Below are positions 19,400-28,861 of a DNA stretch of 64,000 nt, piece by piece. How positions within the stretch are numbered: the stretch's first letter is position 1; each line of letters opens with the position of its first letter. The stretch is taken from IMG/VR virus record IMGVR_UViG_2878930440_000003; one strand, written 5' to 3'. The notes under the pieces were generated by a model. It made no database searches and had not been told where the DNA came from. It saw only the letters and a list, made by a program, of their open reading frames with translations. Made by a program: the position numbers and the translations under genes. Source of the DNA: a virus. Its lineage: Duplodnaviria; Heunggongvirae; Uroviricota; Caudoviricetes.

Positions 19400-19865
19400 A
19401 GCATCCGATATAAATTTTCTTCTTACCTATCTGGTACTGAGCTTGCCATTTTCTGTTGTTCTTATTCCACGTCACGCCCAAGTATACAGATGAAGTCTTC
19501 TTTGCTATAGCAGAATAAATCACATTGTATCTTGCGGTGCAATACTCCAAGTTGTCTACATCGTTATTCGTCTTGTCGAAATCCTTATGATTCACCATCG
19601 GCAACGCTTCTGGATTCTTCAAGAAAGCCTGAGCTACCAAACGATGGATATAAAACATCTTGCGCTTTCCGTTCTTGTAAAGCCATACCTTCAGATAACC
19701 TTTTGGTGTCTTGCAAGGTACGATTTCCTTTAATTGAGACGTTCTCCCAATAGTAAAAACATGTCCCAGCTTGCTAACATAATACCTTTCGTAATTCTTT
19801 ATAGGCTTTATATCACCAAGAAACCTTGTTATACATTTATCTTTCATTGTTACCTCCTTTTTCAA
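19344..19865 (-). CDS. HNH homing endonuclease with C-terminal AP2 domain
   Basis: YYVSKLGHVFT / GYLKVWLYKNGKRKMFYIHRLVAQAF / VNHKDFDKTNN (NUMOD4 + HNH_3-like), then YLGVTWNKNNRKWQAQYQIGKKKIYIGCFGTQEEA (AP2-like). Confidence 0.65.
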   Translation of the reverse strand: MKKEVTMKDKCITRFLGDIKPIKNYERYYVSKLGHVFTIGRTSQLKEIVPCKTPKGYLKVWLYKNGKRKMFYIHRLVAQAFLKNPEALPMVNHKDFDKTNNDVDNLEYCTARYNVIYSAIAKKTSSVYLGVTWNKNNRKWQAQYQIGKKKIYIGCFGTQEEAHEAYVNAIKEI

Positions 19866-20580
19866 AGAAACTTGAATATATGGTTTGCGCCTCCTTTGTA
19901 TCTAGCAAATCAATATCATTGTAAAACCTTCTGTACACAACGCACAGCCTTTCGTCATTTCCGGTGTCTCTTGCTTTAGCTATTTGCTGACAAGACTCCA
20001 TGAGAAATGCACTTATCTTCTCATAACTCCGCTTCTGTGTCTTCTTTAGCATATCCATGCTTACAAAGGTTTTGTAATGGATGATATGCTTTTCTTGCTC
20101 GTATTCTGTGAGTATAAGCCCTTCCGGAATAGCAAATACCACTCTTCTTGTCTTGTCATCACTATAGAGCTGAACAGCACCTGTAAACGATGTATATATC
20201 TTTTGCAATATCTTGAGAATCGGTAAGTCTTTTTTCAAAAACCTTTCTGCAAATCTCTTCAGAAAATGAACGCTCATAGCAAAACAATCTTCGCTATACC
20301 CCTCGTTTCTACTCATAGGAATATACTCGTTGGTTTCCTTCAGATAAATGAACAAACCGGAAGCAAATACATCGCCATGTTTTACACCTACAACGATGAA
20401 ATAATCGGCATTAGGTGTAGCAAGCTCAAAGGTCTTTGTTATTTGTCTTACGTTCTGCTTTCTCATTTCACGTTTAAGCTCATTAGCTTTTCGCATCTGA
20501 AACTCATAGATTCTAGCTTCATCTAAGTTTCGTACTCTACGCATCTCTCCCGATGTCATACTTGCTGTTATCATGCGCAT
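19837..20580 (-). CDS. hypothetical protein
   Basis: 247-aa ORF between the homing endonuclease and the C5-methyltransferase; no motif recognised. Confidence 0.4.
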   Translation of the reverse strand: MRMITASMTSGEMRRVRNLDEARIYEFQMRKANELKREMRKQNVRQITKTFELATPNADYFIVVGVKHGDVFASGLFIYLKETNEYIPMSRNEGYSEDCFAMSVHFLKRFAERFLKKDLPILKILQKIYTSFTGAVQLYSDDKTRRVVFAIPEGLILTEYEQEKHIIHYKTFVSMDMLKKTQKRSYEKISAFLMESCQQIAKARDTGNDERLCVVYRRFYNDIDLLDTKEAQTIYSSFFEKGGNNER

Positions 20581-21678
20581 TCCTCCTTTTTAATCTTTGA
20601 TAACCAACAATCCCAGATTCTTGTAGCTACATTAGCCATCATAACAGGAGGAACACACATTCCGCAAGCAAACCAAGGTTTCATGCCATTAAAGTCATAA
20701 TCCATCGGAAATGTTGATGCTAAAATCGTATCATGTGCTGAAAGATAACTTGGATTATCATAATACACAAGTCTATCTTCCATTGCTGATATGGTATTGC
20801 ATACCTTGTTCTTTTTAAGAAACATATTATTGAACATAGAAAGACGATTATCCATCCGCTTGACAATATCACCGATAGAATTGTCCTTTTCGTTTCTATA
20901 CTCCCAATACTTCATCATTCCTTTAGGAATCTGTCTTCCATTATAGTCCGAGAACTCATCCAAGACAATTTCTTTCTCGTTGAAGTCCATATCTATCTTA
21001 GGCACTCGCTCGAACAAATCCTTCTGAACCATAAACGGCTCGCAAAGGTCTTTGCGTAATCCTAGAAAGAACACCCTAGGTCGATTCTGAGGAACACCCA
21101 TATTACGTGCATTAAGCAACCAATGCTGCAAGATATATCCGGCATTATCCATCTGCTTGTAAATCTCTTTCACGTACTCGATAGCTTCACCTTGCAACAA
21201 ACCTTGGACATTCTCAAAAACCACCACCTTTGGCTTTAGTTCTTTAGCAAGGTCAATAGAGTAGAAAGCCAAATCGTCAAGCCTTTGCGCCTTCTGACCT
21301 TCTCGGAATACTTTTTCCTTTCCCCAAGCCTTTTGGCGGTCACCTGCAATACTGAATACAGAACATGGGAAACTAGCATCCAATATATCCAAATTATGCA
21401 ACTCTTCTTTCATAATATGCCCCCCCCATATTGATATTGGTAATCAACTCACGAATATCACAATTGAAAGCGTACTTGACATCGTGATTTTTCAAGTACA
21501 TCTTCATAACCTTTGGGTCTATCTCATTACAGGCTACAACATCGTATCCAGCTAGTTTGTAACCAAAGGAACTTCCACCTCCACAACAAAAGCAAGACAT
21601 CACCTTACCTTTGTCTTTTGTAAAATTAGCATCTTTTTTAGTCCATCTATAAGGGAACTTGTGCTCGTTTTTATACAT
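20571..21678 (-). pseudogene. DNA (cytosine-5)-methyltransferase interrupted by a frameshift at a C8/G8 homopolymer
   Basis: N-terminal ORF 21394..21678 carries motif I (FCCGGGSSFG) and motif II (ACNEIDP). ORF 20571..21413 carries PC (SFPCSVFSIAG), ENV (VVVFENVQGLL), QxRxR (QNRPRVFF) and GN(A)V (CVPPVMMANVA). Removing one C at 21420-21427 fuses them in frame. Confidence 0.6.
21420..21427. repeat. C8 homopolymer at the frameshift point of the C5-methyltransferase
   Basis: cccccccc read directly in the sequence. Confidence 0.9.
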
Positions 21679-21772
21679 TTATCTACCATAAAAAACAATC
21701 GTTAATAAAAACCGATGTATAAAAATAACCACAAGTAATATGGTTGTAAAAAAGGGACTCTAACCCTTGAAT

Positions 21773-22003
21773 TTAGATTCTGTTTTCTTCGGCAATGCGT
21801 CTTAAATAATCATCCGCTGCGTTATCATCTATTTTCGACTTAAGAGACATTCCTGTGTTATATCCTATCATTAAGGACACATTCTTGCTCTTTTTCTTGT
21901 TCTTTCCATATCGCCAGCCAAAGACCTTTCCTAGCCAAGCTATACCGACAATACTATCTGATACAACTATTGTCGGAAACAAAACAAATACTCTATATAT
22001 CAT
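21773..22003 (-). CDS. hypothetical small membrane protein
   Basis: TM segment VFVLFPTIVVSDSIVGIAWLG. Confidence 0.35.
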   Translation of the reverse strand: MIYRVFVLFPTIVVSDSIVGIAWLGKVFGWRYGKNKKKSKNVSLMIGYNTGMSLKSKIDDNAADDYLRRIAEENRI

Positions 22004-22295
22004 CGCAATCTAATTGAGAGTTAAAAATATATCTATTCTGATTCAACCAAAGCTCCACGTAGTCAGCCTTGATTTTCAGAAATTCTTCGTATGTGTAGCA
22101 TTTCTGCTGCTTACCACCTTTGTTCCAATAATAGGCAACTCCTCCCAAAGAAAAGAAGTCTATCAAGTCCATTTCCTTTCGCTCCGGTTCTTCACGCTTT
22201 TTCTTTTGCCTATATCTACTTACAGCAAGCAATATGAGACAAACGCAAAGCAACATGGAAACCAGTATCTCGAATATCAACCTTACGTCTTGCAT
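21993..22295 (-). CDS. hypothetical membrane protein
   Basis: TM segment ILVSMLLCVCLILLAVS followed by the basic stretch RYRQKKKREE. Confidence 0.4.
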   Translation of the reverse strand: MQDVRLIFEILVSMLLCVCLILLAVSRYRQKKKREEPERKEMDLIDFFSLGGVAYYWNKGGKQQKCYTYEEFLKIKADYVELWLNQNRYIFNSQLDCDDI

Positions 22296-22448
22296 CTTAT
22301 TTTAAACACAAAAACACGAAACTACCGATTGCAAAGTCAAAGGAATAGTGACTCGGACTGCCTTTCGGTATAGTCCATCGGGTTTCGTGTCTCTAATATC
22401 TTATCAATTTCTTAAATCGCCATTTTATCCTTTTTTGTTCTGCGCTTG

Positions 22449-22480
22449 CAAAGATAAATAATATTTCGCTAACTTGCAAG
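22449..22480 (-). promoter_or_regulatory. Bacteroidetes sigma-A type promoter
   Basis: Minus sense TTG-N20-TAtcTTTG. Confidence 0.5.
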
Positions 22481-22712
22481 CGTTTTAGTGCTTTTAATAC
22501 TTTATTTGCATTATTTTAAACTTATCCTTTTTTGAAGTTCATTCCAAACTCTTCTTCCGTTACCTCATACATTACATCACCACATGCTACTCTTTGCTTG
22601 TCTTTTGCCATCAGTAATAAATTTCTATAAGGTATCTCTTTCACGACTTCTTGGTAAGATAAGTGCAGACTATCCATAAAAGATGCAATCTGTCCTAAGA
22701 GTGTATCGTTAC

Positions 22713-23096
22713 CTATGGTCGTGGTTTTGCTATCATCCTTGCCGCACTCTTCGCCAAAATTGATAGCGTCTGAAAATCCTTTATAGAGATTAAGGAATAA
22801 GCCGTTTGTAAGCCATTGACAACCTCTTCAAGCGTTCCTTTAGATAATTCATCACTAATGGATTCATCGCCTTGTATGAATACGGACAACGCCTTGCAAG
22901 CATCATCCAAATTCTTAAGCATGCATAAGACTTCCGCTAAGGTCTTGCCCTCTTCGAAACTATCAAGGTATTTAGCCGCCTTGACCAATTTTATAATTGT
23001 AGGTGGTGAAACGTAATAAGCCCTTCCATTCACGATTATCGTTACGGTGTCCTCTCCAAGAATTGCATCCGTAACTAATTTACTTGCCTTACTCAT
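22713..23096 (-). CDS. hypothetical protein (possibly tail-assembly related)
   Basis: 127-aa ORF downstream of the putative tail tube gene. Confidence 0.35.
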   Translation of the reverse strand: MSKASKLVTDAILGEDTVTIIVNGRAYYVSPPTIIKLVKAAKYLDSFEEGKTLAEVLCMLKNLDDACKALSVFIQGDESISDELSKGTLEEVVNGLQTAYSLISIKDFQTLSILAKSAARMIAKPRP

Positions 23097-23163
23097 GGTT
23101 CTGAATATTAAAAAAGGGGAACGGCATTAACACCATCCCCCTCTATCATTTGTTGCCTATGTC

Positions 23164-23721
23164 TTATTCTTGTTCTACAACCGCAGAGCCTTCCCATTGG
23201 TACTCGCCAGCCACACCATCGATCTCGCTTTCCATAGCAACGGCAGAAATACCCAAAGTGATATTCTTATCCTGCTGGTCACCCTTGGCAACGATAGCCG
23301 CATTTGAGAAAACGATGTAGTTCCCTGTCTTGGTCTGAGCAACGATACACTTGTTGATATTAGCCAAATCTTGGCTAGAAGACCAACCTACTGCATCTGC
23401 CTCCGTTGTAGTCTCTTCTCCAGTTGCCTTGTACATCTTACCACCCTGCAAGTCTACCTTATTCTTCCATGAAAAGACACCAATAGAGAATGTAATTGTC
23501 TTAGCACCCTCATCGGTCTTGTCACGATAGTAAACCTGTCCGTTCAGCTCGTTCTTGTACTCGGTAACACTAGGGTCATCCTGAGAATATCCCCATGTTC
23601 CCTCATGGCTGTTCTTAACCTCTGTAGCGGTTTTCAACCATGTAGCCAACTTAGCAGGTGTATTTGCCTCGGTAAGAGGAGCACCATACCAAATTCTCTT
23701 GATTCCAATAAATGGTTTCAT
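23164..23721 (-). CDS. putative virion structural protein (possible major tail/tube protein)
   Basis: 185 aa, Thr/Gly-rich, in the position after the head-tail joining genes. Confidence 0.35.
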   Translation of the reverse strand: MKPFIGIKRIWYGAPLTEANTPAKLATWLKTATEVKNSHEGTWGYSQDDPSVTEYKNELNGQVYYRDKTDEGAKTITFSIGVFSWKNKVDLQGGKMYKATGEETTTEADAVGWSSSQDLANINKCIVAQTKTGNYIVFSNAAIVAKGDQQDKNITLGISAVAMESEIDGVAGEYQWEGSAVVEQE

Positions 23722-23722
23722 C

Positions 23723-24151
23723 TTATCTTACGTTTAATGTTTCAAAATCAATAGTAATGTTTGCGTAATGGCAACTCAACCTACTCTCTTGCTCTATGCC
23801 GTGGGAACGGATAGAATAGCGATACCATACATCCTCAGCTTTTCCGACCTCATTGTCGGACAGGGTTTGAATAGCCTTCTTTAAAAGCTCGTTCAATTGA
23901 GGATTAGCCTCGCCCTCTATATCTTTGAGCAATATGTTTACCTCTATAGTACAATCGTTGAAATATGTCTTGTCTGCACTCATGCGCTTAGGAATGATTA
24001 CTATCATGCCTTCATCAGGAATCTTCTCACCGACCAAAGGTCTTTCCCCCTCAAGTCCACCCTTTGTCAGATGTCCTTTCAGTCTTCGTTCCAATCCCAT
24101 AAGTTCCAAGTCATCATAGATTACATGACCAGCATCTATTTCTGTTATCAT
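23723..24151 (-). CDS. hypothetical protein (possible neck/tail-completion)
   Basis: 142-aa ORF in the structural array. Confidence 0.35.
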   Translation of the reverse strand: MITEIDAGHVIYDDLELMGLERRLKGHLTKGGLEGERPLVGEKIPDEGMIVIIPKRMSADKTYFNDCTIEVNILLKDIEGEANPQLNELLKKAIQTLSDNEVGKAEDVWYRYSIRSHGIEQESRLSCHYANITIDFETLNVR

Positions 24152-24438
24152 CGCATATCCTCGATTTCTTTCTTGATATACTGAATACCCGAATCTATAA
24201 CATCATATCCCCTAGAGGAAACATCAGACGCATATTCCGCTTTGTTGCCAAGGGTCAAGGTGTGGTCATGTACATTACTATAGTTAGACCTTCTGAGATT
24301 ACCTGTGCGGTTTCGGTAGTTTCCGTTAGCCTTATCAAGCTCAACAGCAGTTTTACCTAACCTGTCAAGAAATTCATCTACTTCCCTTTCTCCCTGTGCA
24401 AAGAAAGCGTCTATCTCATCCTTTATAACATCAGACAT
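24148..24438 (-). CDS. hypothetical protein (structural array)
   Basis: 96-aa ORF with ATGA overlap. Confidence 0.35.
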   Translation of the reverse strand: MSDVIKDEIDAFFAQGEREVDEFLDRLGKTAVELDKANGNYRNRTGNLRRSNYSNVHDHTLTLGNKAEYASDVSSRGYDVIDSGIQYIKKEIEDMR

Positions 24439-24745
24439 AGATACTCATATAACCAAGATAATTGCACTTAGGGGCATTATAGACCTTTCCACCTCCTCGG
24501 TAACTTCCATCATCGGAATATACTTTGACTTCATCACCTTCGGAAATCTGGCACTTGTCACAAACAATATGATATTTCGGTGTATATATGCTACCATTAT
24601 CGGTAGTGAAATGCTCGGTAGAGTTGTCATCGCACCGACAACGCCCCATTTCTTTCCATTCCTCAGAAGAGCTAATGACCTCGTTGTACTTGTTGACAAC
24701 CTTATTCACGAACTTTTTCTTTAATATATGAGGGGAATATAACAT
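24431..24745 (-). CDS. hypothetical protein (structural array)
   Basis: 104-aa ORF. Confidence 0.35.
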   Translation of the reverse strand: MLYSPHILKKKFVNKVVNKYNEVISSSEEWKEMGRCRCDDNSTEHFTTDNGSIYTPKYHIVCDKCQISEGDEVKVYSDDGSYRGGGKVYNAPKCNYLGYMSIYV

Positions 24746-24756
24746 AACCTAGACAT

Positions 24757-25092
24757 TTACCAAATATCAGACTTATCCGTGATAGTGGAAAGCCCTAAAG
24801 CTGCCACCACTTCATTATCCGGAGTAACACCATACTTACGGCAAAGCCACATATAGTATTGTCCTATCCTAGAGTAGTCCCAAGAGACAGAGAATCCATT
24901 TTCGTTCACATTGCTCATATATGGGGCAAGCATAAGTTCCTCGATTACGGAAATCATCGCCTTGCCTACAACCTGCGAATTATCAGACGTATATTCTTCG
25001 TCAAGGTCTATACCTAACGAAATATCTTCCAATTGAGCATCCGTTATATTCCAAGCACGCAACTTCTGCGAAATGTATTCTCTTATCTTCAT
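24757..25092 (-). CDS. hypothetical protein (possible head-tail connector)
   Basis: 111-aa ORF downstream of the capsid gene. Confidence 0.35.
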   Translation of the reverse strand: MKIREYISQKLRAWNITDAQLEDISLGIDLDEEYTSDNSQVVGKAMISVIEELMLAPYMSNVNENGFSVSWDYSRIGQYYMWLCRKYGVTPDNEVVAALGLSTITDKSDIW

Positions 25093-25101
25093 GTGACATC
25101 A

Positions 25102-25560
25102 TTATTTCTGAGCCTGACTCATAGCCTCAGCGATTTTCTTTGCAGCCTCTTGCTCGCTCTTAGCCTTTTCGTCAAGTTCCTCTTCTACATTCTCCTTTTC
25201 AGAAGTCTCTTCGGTTGACTCGGCAGCATCCTTTTTTGGGGTTTTCTCCTTTTTAGTCTTGCTCTCCTTCTTCTCCTTTAAGACTTCCTTCTTAGGTGTC
25301 TCTTCTGATTTTTTATCTTCATCCTCTTTAGGATTTTCTTTTCCATCATTCAAGACTTCCTTTTTAGGAGTATCTTTAATTTCCTTATCGTCTTTTGGAG
25401 ATGCAGAACTATTATCGTTCTGCACCTCCAACATCTTGCAAAGCTTACGTTCGATAAGGGAGTTCATGCGTTCTTCGTCAAAGTCCAAGATTGCACCTAC
25501 TTCATAGATGGTGTTAAAATGGAACTTATCACGGAACGGACTAATTACCTCACCTCTCAT
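25102..25560 (-). CDS. Lys/Glu-rich repeat protein
   Basis: PKKEVL repeats and an acidic/lysine-rich low-complexity tail; matching DNA tandem repeats at 25259-25400. Confidence 0.4.
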   Translation of the reverse strand: MRGEVISPFRDKFHFNTIYEVGAILDFDEERMNSLIERKLCKMLEVQNDNSSASPKDDKEIKDTPKKEVLNDGKENPKEDEDKKSEETPKKEVLKEKKESKTKKEKTPKKDAAESTEETSEKENVEEELDEKAKSEQEAAKKIAEAMSQAQK

Positions 25561-25564
25561 AAGC

Positions 25565-26653
25565 CTAACCTACTGCTTGTGTTGAGTCCAAAGAATAGAT
25601 AGCATCAACGTTATTCAAGATAGGAACAACCATTGCTTGTGAGCTGGTGAACTCACGGAGTGGGTCGTTGGTAGAATAACGACTAGCCAAGATATACTCA
25701 TCGGCTGACTGATAAGTAACACCTGCAACTGGTCTTGTAGCTTCGGCTACGTTAGTCCAGAACAAATCACCAAGGTTATCATAGCATGTAAAGGTCATGT
25801 GACCCTTAGCCCAAGGGTTGTGTGTTCCCTTCTTGCCGTTAATCTCGGTCTTGATTGTACGGGCTACACGTACCAAGTTAGTCTGCCACTTATTTCTGAA
25901 GATAGAAGCAATCTGCTCAAAGCTCAAAATAGGAATATTGCTATTACTATTGGTTGCAATGCCTTGATTGAAGGCAAACTGAGCACGAACCTGCTTGTTC
26001 TTGCCAAGCAACTTGATTGTGTAATCATCAAGATAACAAGTAGTGATGGTATTTTGGTCTTCCATCGCCTTGTCGTAAACCAATTGGATGTCATCAAGAG
26101 GAGTTGCATCCTCTGCGTCCCAAGCCTTAGCACCGTGACCGAACTTATTCTTCTCGGCAAAACCTACATCAATTCGGATACCAGTACCACCGGAACGAGT
26201 TGCCAAAGCTACACCTGTTGACAGCTCACTGAGGAACATATCTTCAATACGCTCGTAAACCGCCTGAATACAACGAGGAAGGTCTGCAAACAAGTTACGC
26301 AAAATCTGTGGCTGAGGCAAACGTTGCGCAATCATGTTATCCAAATCCTTAAGCTGCTTCTCTGACATGTAAAGCTTCATACCAACCTTTGGGATTTGAC
26401 CCTCAGCGGTTGAAACCTTATCACGGCTCTTCAATGGAAGTTCTGCATCCATTGATACAACATCAGCAGCAACTCGTGTGTATTCCGCAGTAATTGATGC
26501 CCAGCGTCCGTCCTGACTATATGTGTTAGTCAAGTGGTCTCGGTACATATAGGTCAATGCAGTCTGATTCTTGCCGTTCAACTTCTCTACTACACTTGCA
26601 ACAAGTTGTGGGAAGTATTTATTGACCAACTGAAAATAAAGTGATTTTTCCAT
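25565..26653 (-). CDS. major capsid protein (putative)
   Basis: 362 aa, immediately downstream of the coiled-coil scaffold and a small head protein. Confidence 0.5.
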   Translation of the reverse strand: MEKSLYFQLVNKYFPQLVASVVEKLNGKNQTALTYMYRDHLTNTYSQDGRWASITAEYTRVAADVVSMDAELPLKSRDKVSTAEGQIPKVGMKLYMSEKQLKDLDNMIAQRLPQPQILRNLFADLPRCIQAVYERIEDMFLSELSTGVALATRSGGTGIRIDVGFAEKNKFGHGAKAWDAEDATPLDDIQLVYDKAMEDQNTITTCYLDDYTIKLLGKNKQVRAQFAFNQGIATNSNSNIPILSFEQIASIFRNKWQTNLVRVARTIKTEINGKKGTHNPWAKGHMTFTCYDNLGDLFWTNVAEATRPVAGVTYQSADEYILASRYSTNDPLREFTSSQAMVVPILNNVDAIYSLDSTQAVG

Positions 26654-26670
26654 CTGTTATCCTCCTTCTT

Positions 26671-27132
26671 TTAGTCTTTGTCCATGGTTGCATCAGACTC
26701 ATCGAACTTGTTTGCATCCTCATCGCTAACCAAAGCAATCTTTGGCATAGCTGTAAGGAACGCATCCGGATAGTCTGCACCATTTGCAGCCTTAGCTGCT
26801 ACCTTGTTAACTTGTCCAGCAGTCATAATTGCCGCTGGCTCACCGTTCAGAATGGAACGATAGAGAACACCCGCATACTTGTAATGCTCCAATGGGTCGC
26901 TGGCAGTACCCAAAGCCTTATAATTGTCTGTTTCAATAGGCAATGGCTTGTAAGTTCCCTTACCATCTGTCACGATAACACGACCTGCGTAAAGAACTTC
27001 ATCTTTTACGCCTGTCCAATCCAAAGCACGACCGCCCTTGATGTCGCCTTCCCATTTCTGGATAATGACGGAATCCTCACCAAAGACAATTTGCTTTTTT
27101 GTAGTCTTCAATTCCTGATTCATGTTTTTCAA
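26671..27132 (-). CDS. hypothetical head protein (possible decoration)
   Basis: 153-aa ORF between scaffold and capsid. Confidence 0.35.
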   Translation of the reverse strand: MKNMNQELKTTKKQIVFGEDSVIIQKWEGDIKGGRALDWTGVKDEVLYAGRVIVTDGKGTYKPLPIETDNYKALGTASDPLEHYKYAGVLYRSILNGEPAAIMTAGQVNKVAAKAANGADYPDAFLTAMPKIALVSDEDANKFDESDATMDKD

Positions 27133-27135
27133 TTT

Positions 27136-27993
27136 TTAAAGTGACTGAACTAATGATGCGGCTACATTGTCAACGTCCTCCTTTGTTGGCTCGCCCTCGC
27201 TAGCACGATAGCTGCCCCCGAATTGTGGTTGTTGCAACGCCTTGTAGTTGTTCGCTACCTTGGAGAGGTATGTTTCGATAGCTTCATCTGTAGCATCATC
27301 GCTCAAGGTGAAACCCTCGTTGATACGACTTTCGGGAATGCCCAACTCCTTAGCCTTCGATAAAATCTTCGCATCGTGGTCTGCCTTTGCCTTTGCCTTT
27401 GCAGCAGCCTCTTCCTTAGCCTTAGCCTCCTCAGCTTGCTTTTGGATAGTTTCTTGCAATTCCTTAATGGTCTTGCTTTGCGTCTCCATCTGTTCGTTGT
27501 AAGTCTTGGCTTGATCGGTGTTCTTTTGAGTCAAGGTCTCTACGAGTTTCTTGAACTCTTCACGTTCCTTGGTTCTTGCTTCCTCTGAAGCTTTCTTCTC
27601 TGCTGCCTGCTCTTCAAAGTATTTTTTGAGATAGTCCGGCATTTCGTTTTTCTTTGCCAATTCCTCCAAGCGTTTCCTTTCGGCTTCTTCAGCGGCTTTC
27701 TTGGCTTCTTCTTCAGCTTTCTTCTTAGCTTCTTCTTCAGCAGCCTTGCGTTCAGCATCTTCTTTAGCCTTCTGTGCCTCCTCGAACTTTTTCTTGGCAT
27801 CGGTAACTCTGCGGTCATTGTCCTTTTGCAAGGACTCCAAAAAATCCTTTTGACTAGCAACCACTGTCTCGATGTTGTCATCAGTAACAAGCCCCATCTT
27901 ATCAAGCATTTCGGCATGTGCCTGAAGAACTTCATCACCTAACCCAAGAGACTTATACTCTTGTTTTAGTAACTGGAAAATTTTCTCTTTCAT
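27136..27993 (-). CDS. scaffolding protein (coiled-coil)
   Basis: Extended EEAKKKAEEEAKKAAEEAERKRLEE heptad-like charged repeats; position upstream of the capsid gene. Confidence 0.5.
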   Translation of the reverse strand: MKEKIFQLLKQEYKSLGLGDEVLQAHAEMLDKMGLVTDDNIETVVASQKDFLESLQKDNDRRVTDAKKKFEEAQKAKEDAERKAAEEEAKKKAEEEAKKAAEEAERKRLEELAKKNEMPDYLKKYFEEQAAEKKASEEARTKEREEFKKLVETLTQKNTDQAKTYNEQMETQSKTIKELQETIQKQAEEAKAKEEAAAKAKAKADHDAKILSKAKELGIPESRINEGFTLSDDATDEAIETYLSKVANNYKALQQPQFGGSYRASEGEPTKEDVDNVAASLVQSL

Positions 27994-28252
27994 TCTTTCG
28001 ATATATTTGTTAAAACTAGTGCAAAGATAATACGAAAAGGATAATTAACACACTAATCTGTTTGCAAGTATCTCACTTTTGCCTAAAAGTGAGCAATAAG
28101 GGCATTTACAAGCGATTTAAGGCTATTTTATTATGAAATCGTATACTAGTAGTAATACAAAATTAAACTCGCATATAACGAAAAAAAAAACGCCAAACAT
28201 CCTCACGGACATCTGACGCATGTCGAATAAAAAGAACCTAAACATTAATCAT

Positions 28253-28786
28253 CTAAAAGTTTATAATATTTCGCATATAACCCAAATGATTCAAATTAGA
28301 ATAAAACCGTCCATCACGCTCTATGAATTTACCGGACTTCACAATCTCACCATTATGCAACATTGCAAACTTAGAACCATGAGCTGTCCATTTATTCATT
28401 TCTTTCATATGTTCATTAGAACCCCAACCATATTTCTTGATAGTAGGATAAATGAAACGCTCAAAGCAAATCTGACTATCCGTTTTATCATGCTCGGAGC
28501 AAATCGGGAGCACTCCATTATGTGCAAACCAATAACCTGCCTTATAGAATGGATGGCAATTCTTGACACAAACAGAACCATGAGTAGCAAATCTAAAATG
28601 TATGATTACATTTTCATTTATATCTCGCTTCATCAATCTACGGATAAATGTAGAGAAATGCAAACTCTTGTAATGGTCAGACTCGCTCACGAACCCACAA
28701 CCATCTGGATTTCTCATATATGCAGCCTTCAGCTCATCTACGGATGGCAAAGCAACACCTTTCGGACATACAATAATAACACACAT
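28253..28786 (-). CDS. class-II glutamine amidotransferase (Ntn hydrolase, YafJ-type)
   Basis: N-terminal MC(V) nucleophile, NPDGCGF, HFRFATHG...NCHPF. Confidence 0.55.
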   Translation of the reverse strand: MCVIIVCPKGVALPSVDELKAAYMRNPDGCGFVSESDHYKSLHFSTFIRRLMKRDINENVIIHFRFATHGSVCVKNCHPFYKAGYWFAHNGVLPICSEHDKTDSQICFERFIYPTIKKYGWGSNEHMKEMNKWTAHGSKFAMLHNGEIVKSGKFIERDGRFYSNLNHLGYMRNIINF

Positions 28787-28861
28787 ATCTTTACCCTTTC
28801 TTTTTTCTTTGTAATACTTTGTTTTTTGTGTCCTAGGGCTTTTACCCTAGGACTACATTAA

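Noticed and set aside
25259-25400. Possible CRISPR-like array from regularly spaced repeats
   Set aside because: The repeats are imperfect, about 70 nt in period, and lie inside a coding sequence where they encode PKKEVL peptide repeats. There are no spacer-like unique units, and nothing else in the window looks like a CRISPR array or cas gene.
27248-27938. Alternative-frame ORFs over the scaffold gene (27540..27938 minus, K/R-rich; 27248..27502 and 27376..27588 plus)
   Set aside because: They are produced by the GAA/AAG/GCA-rich repeats of the coiled-coil scaffold gene; the scaffold frame is the coherent one.
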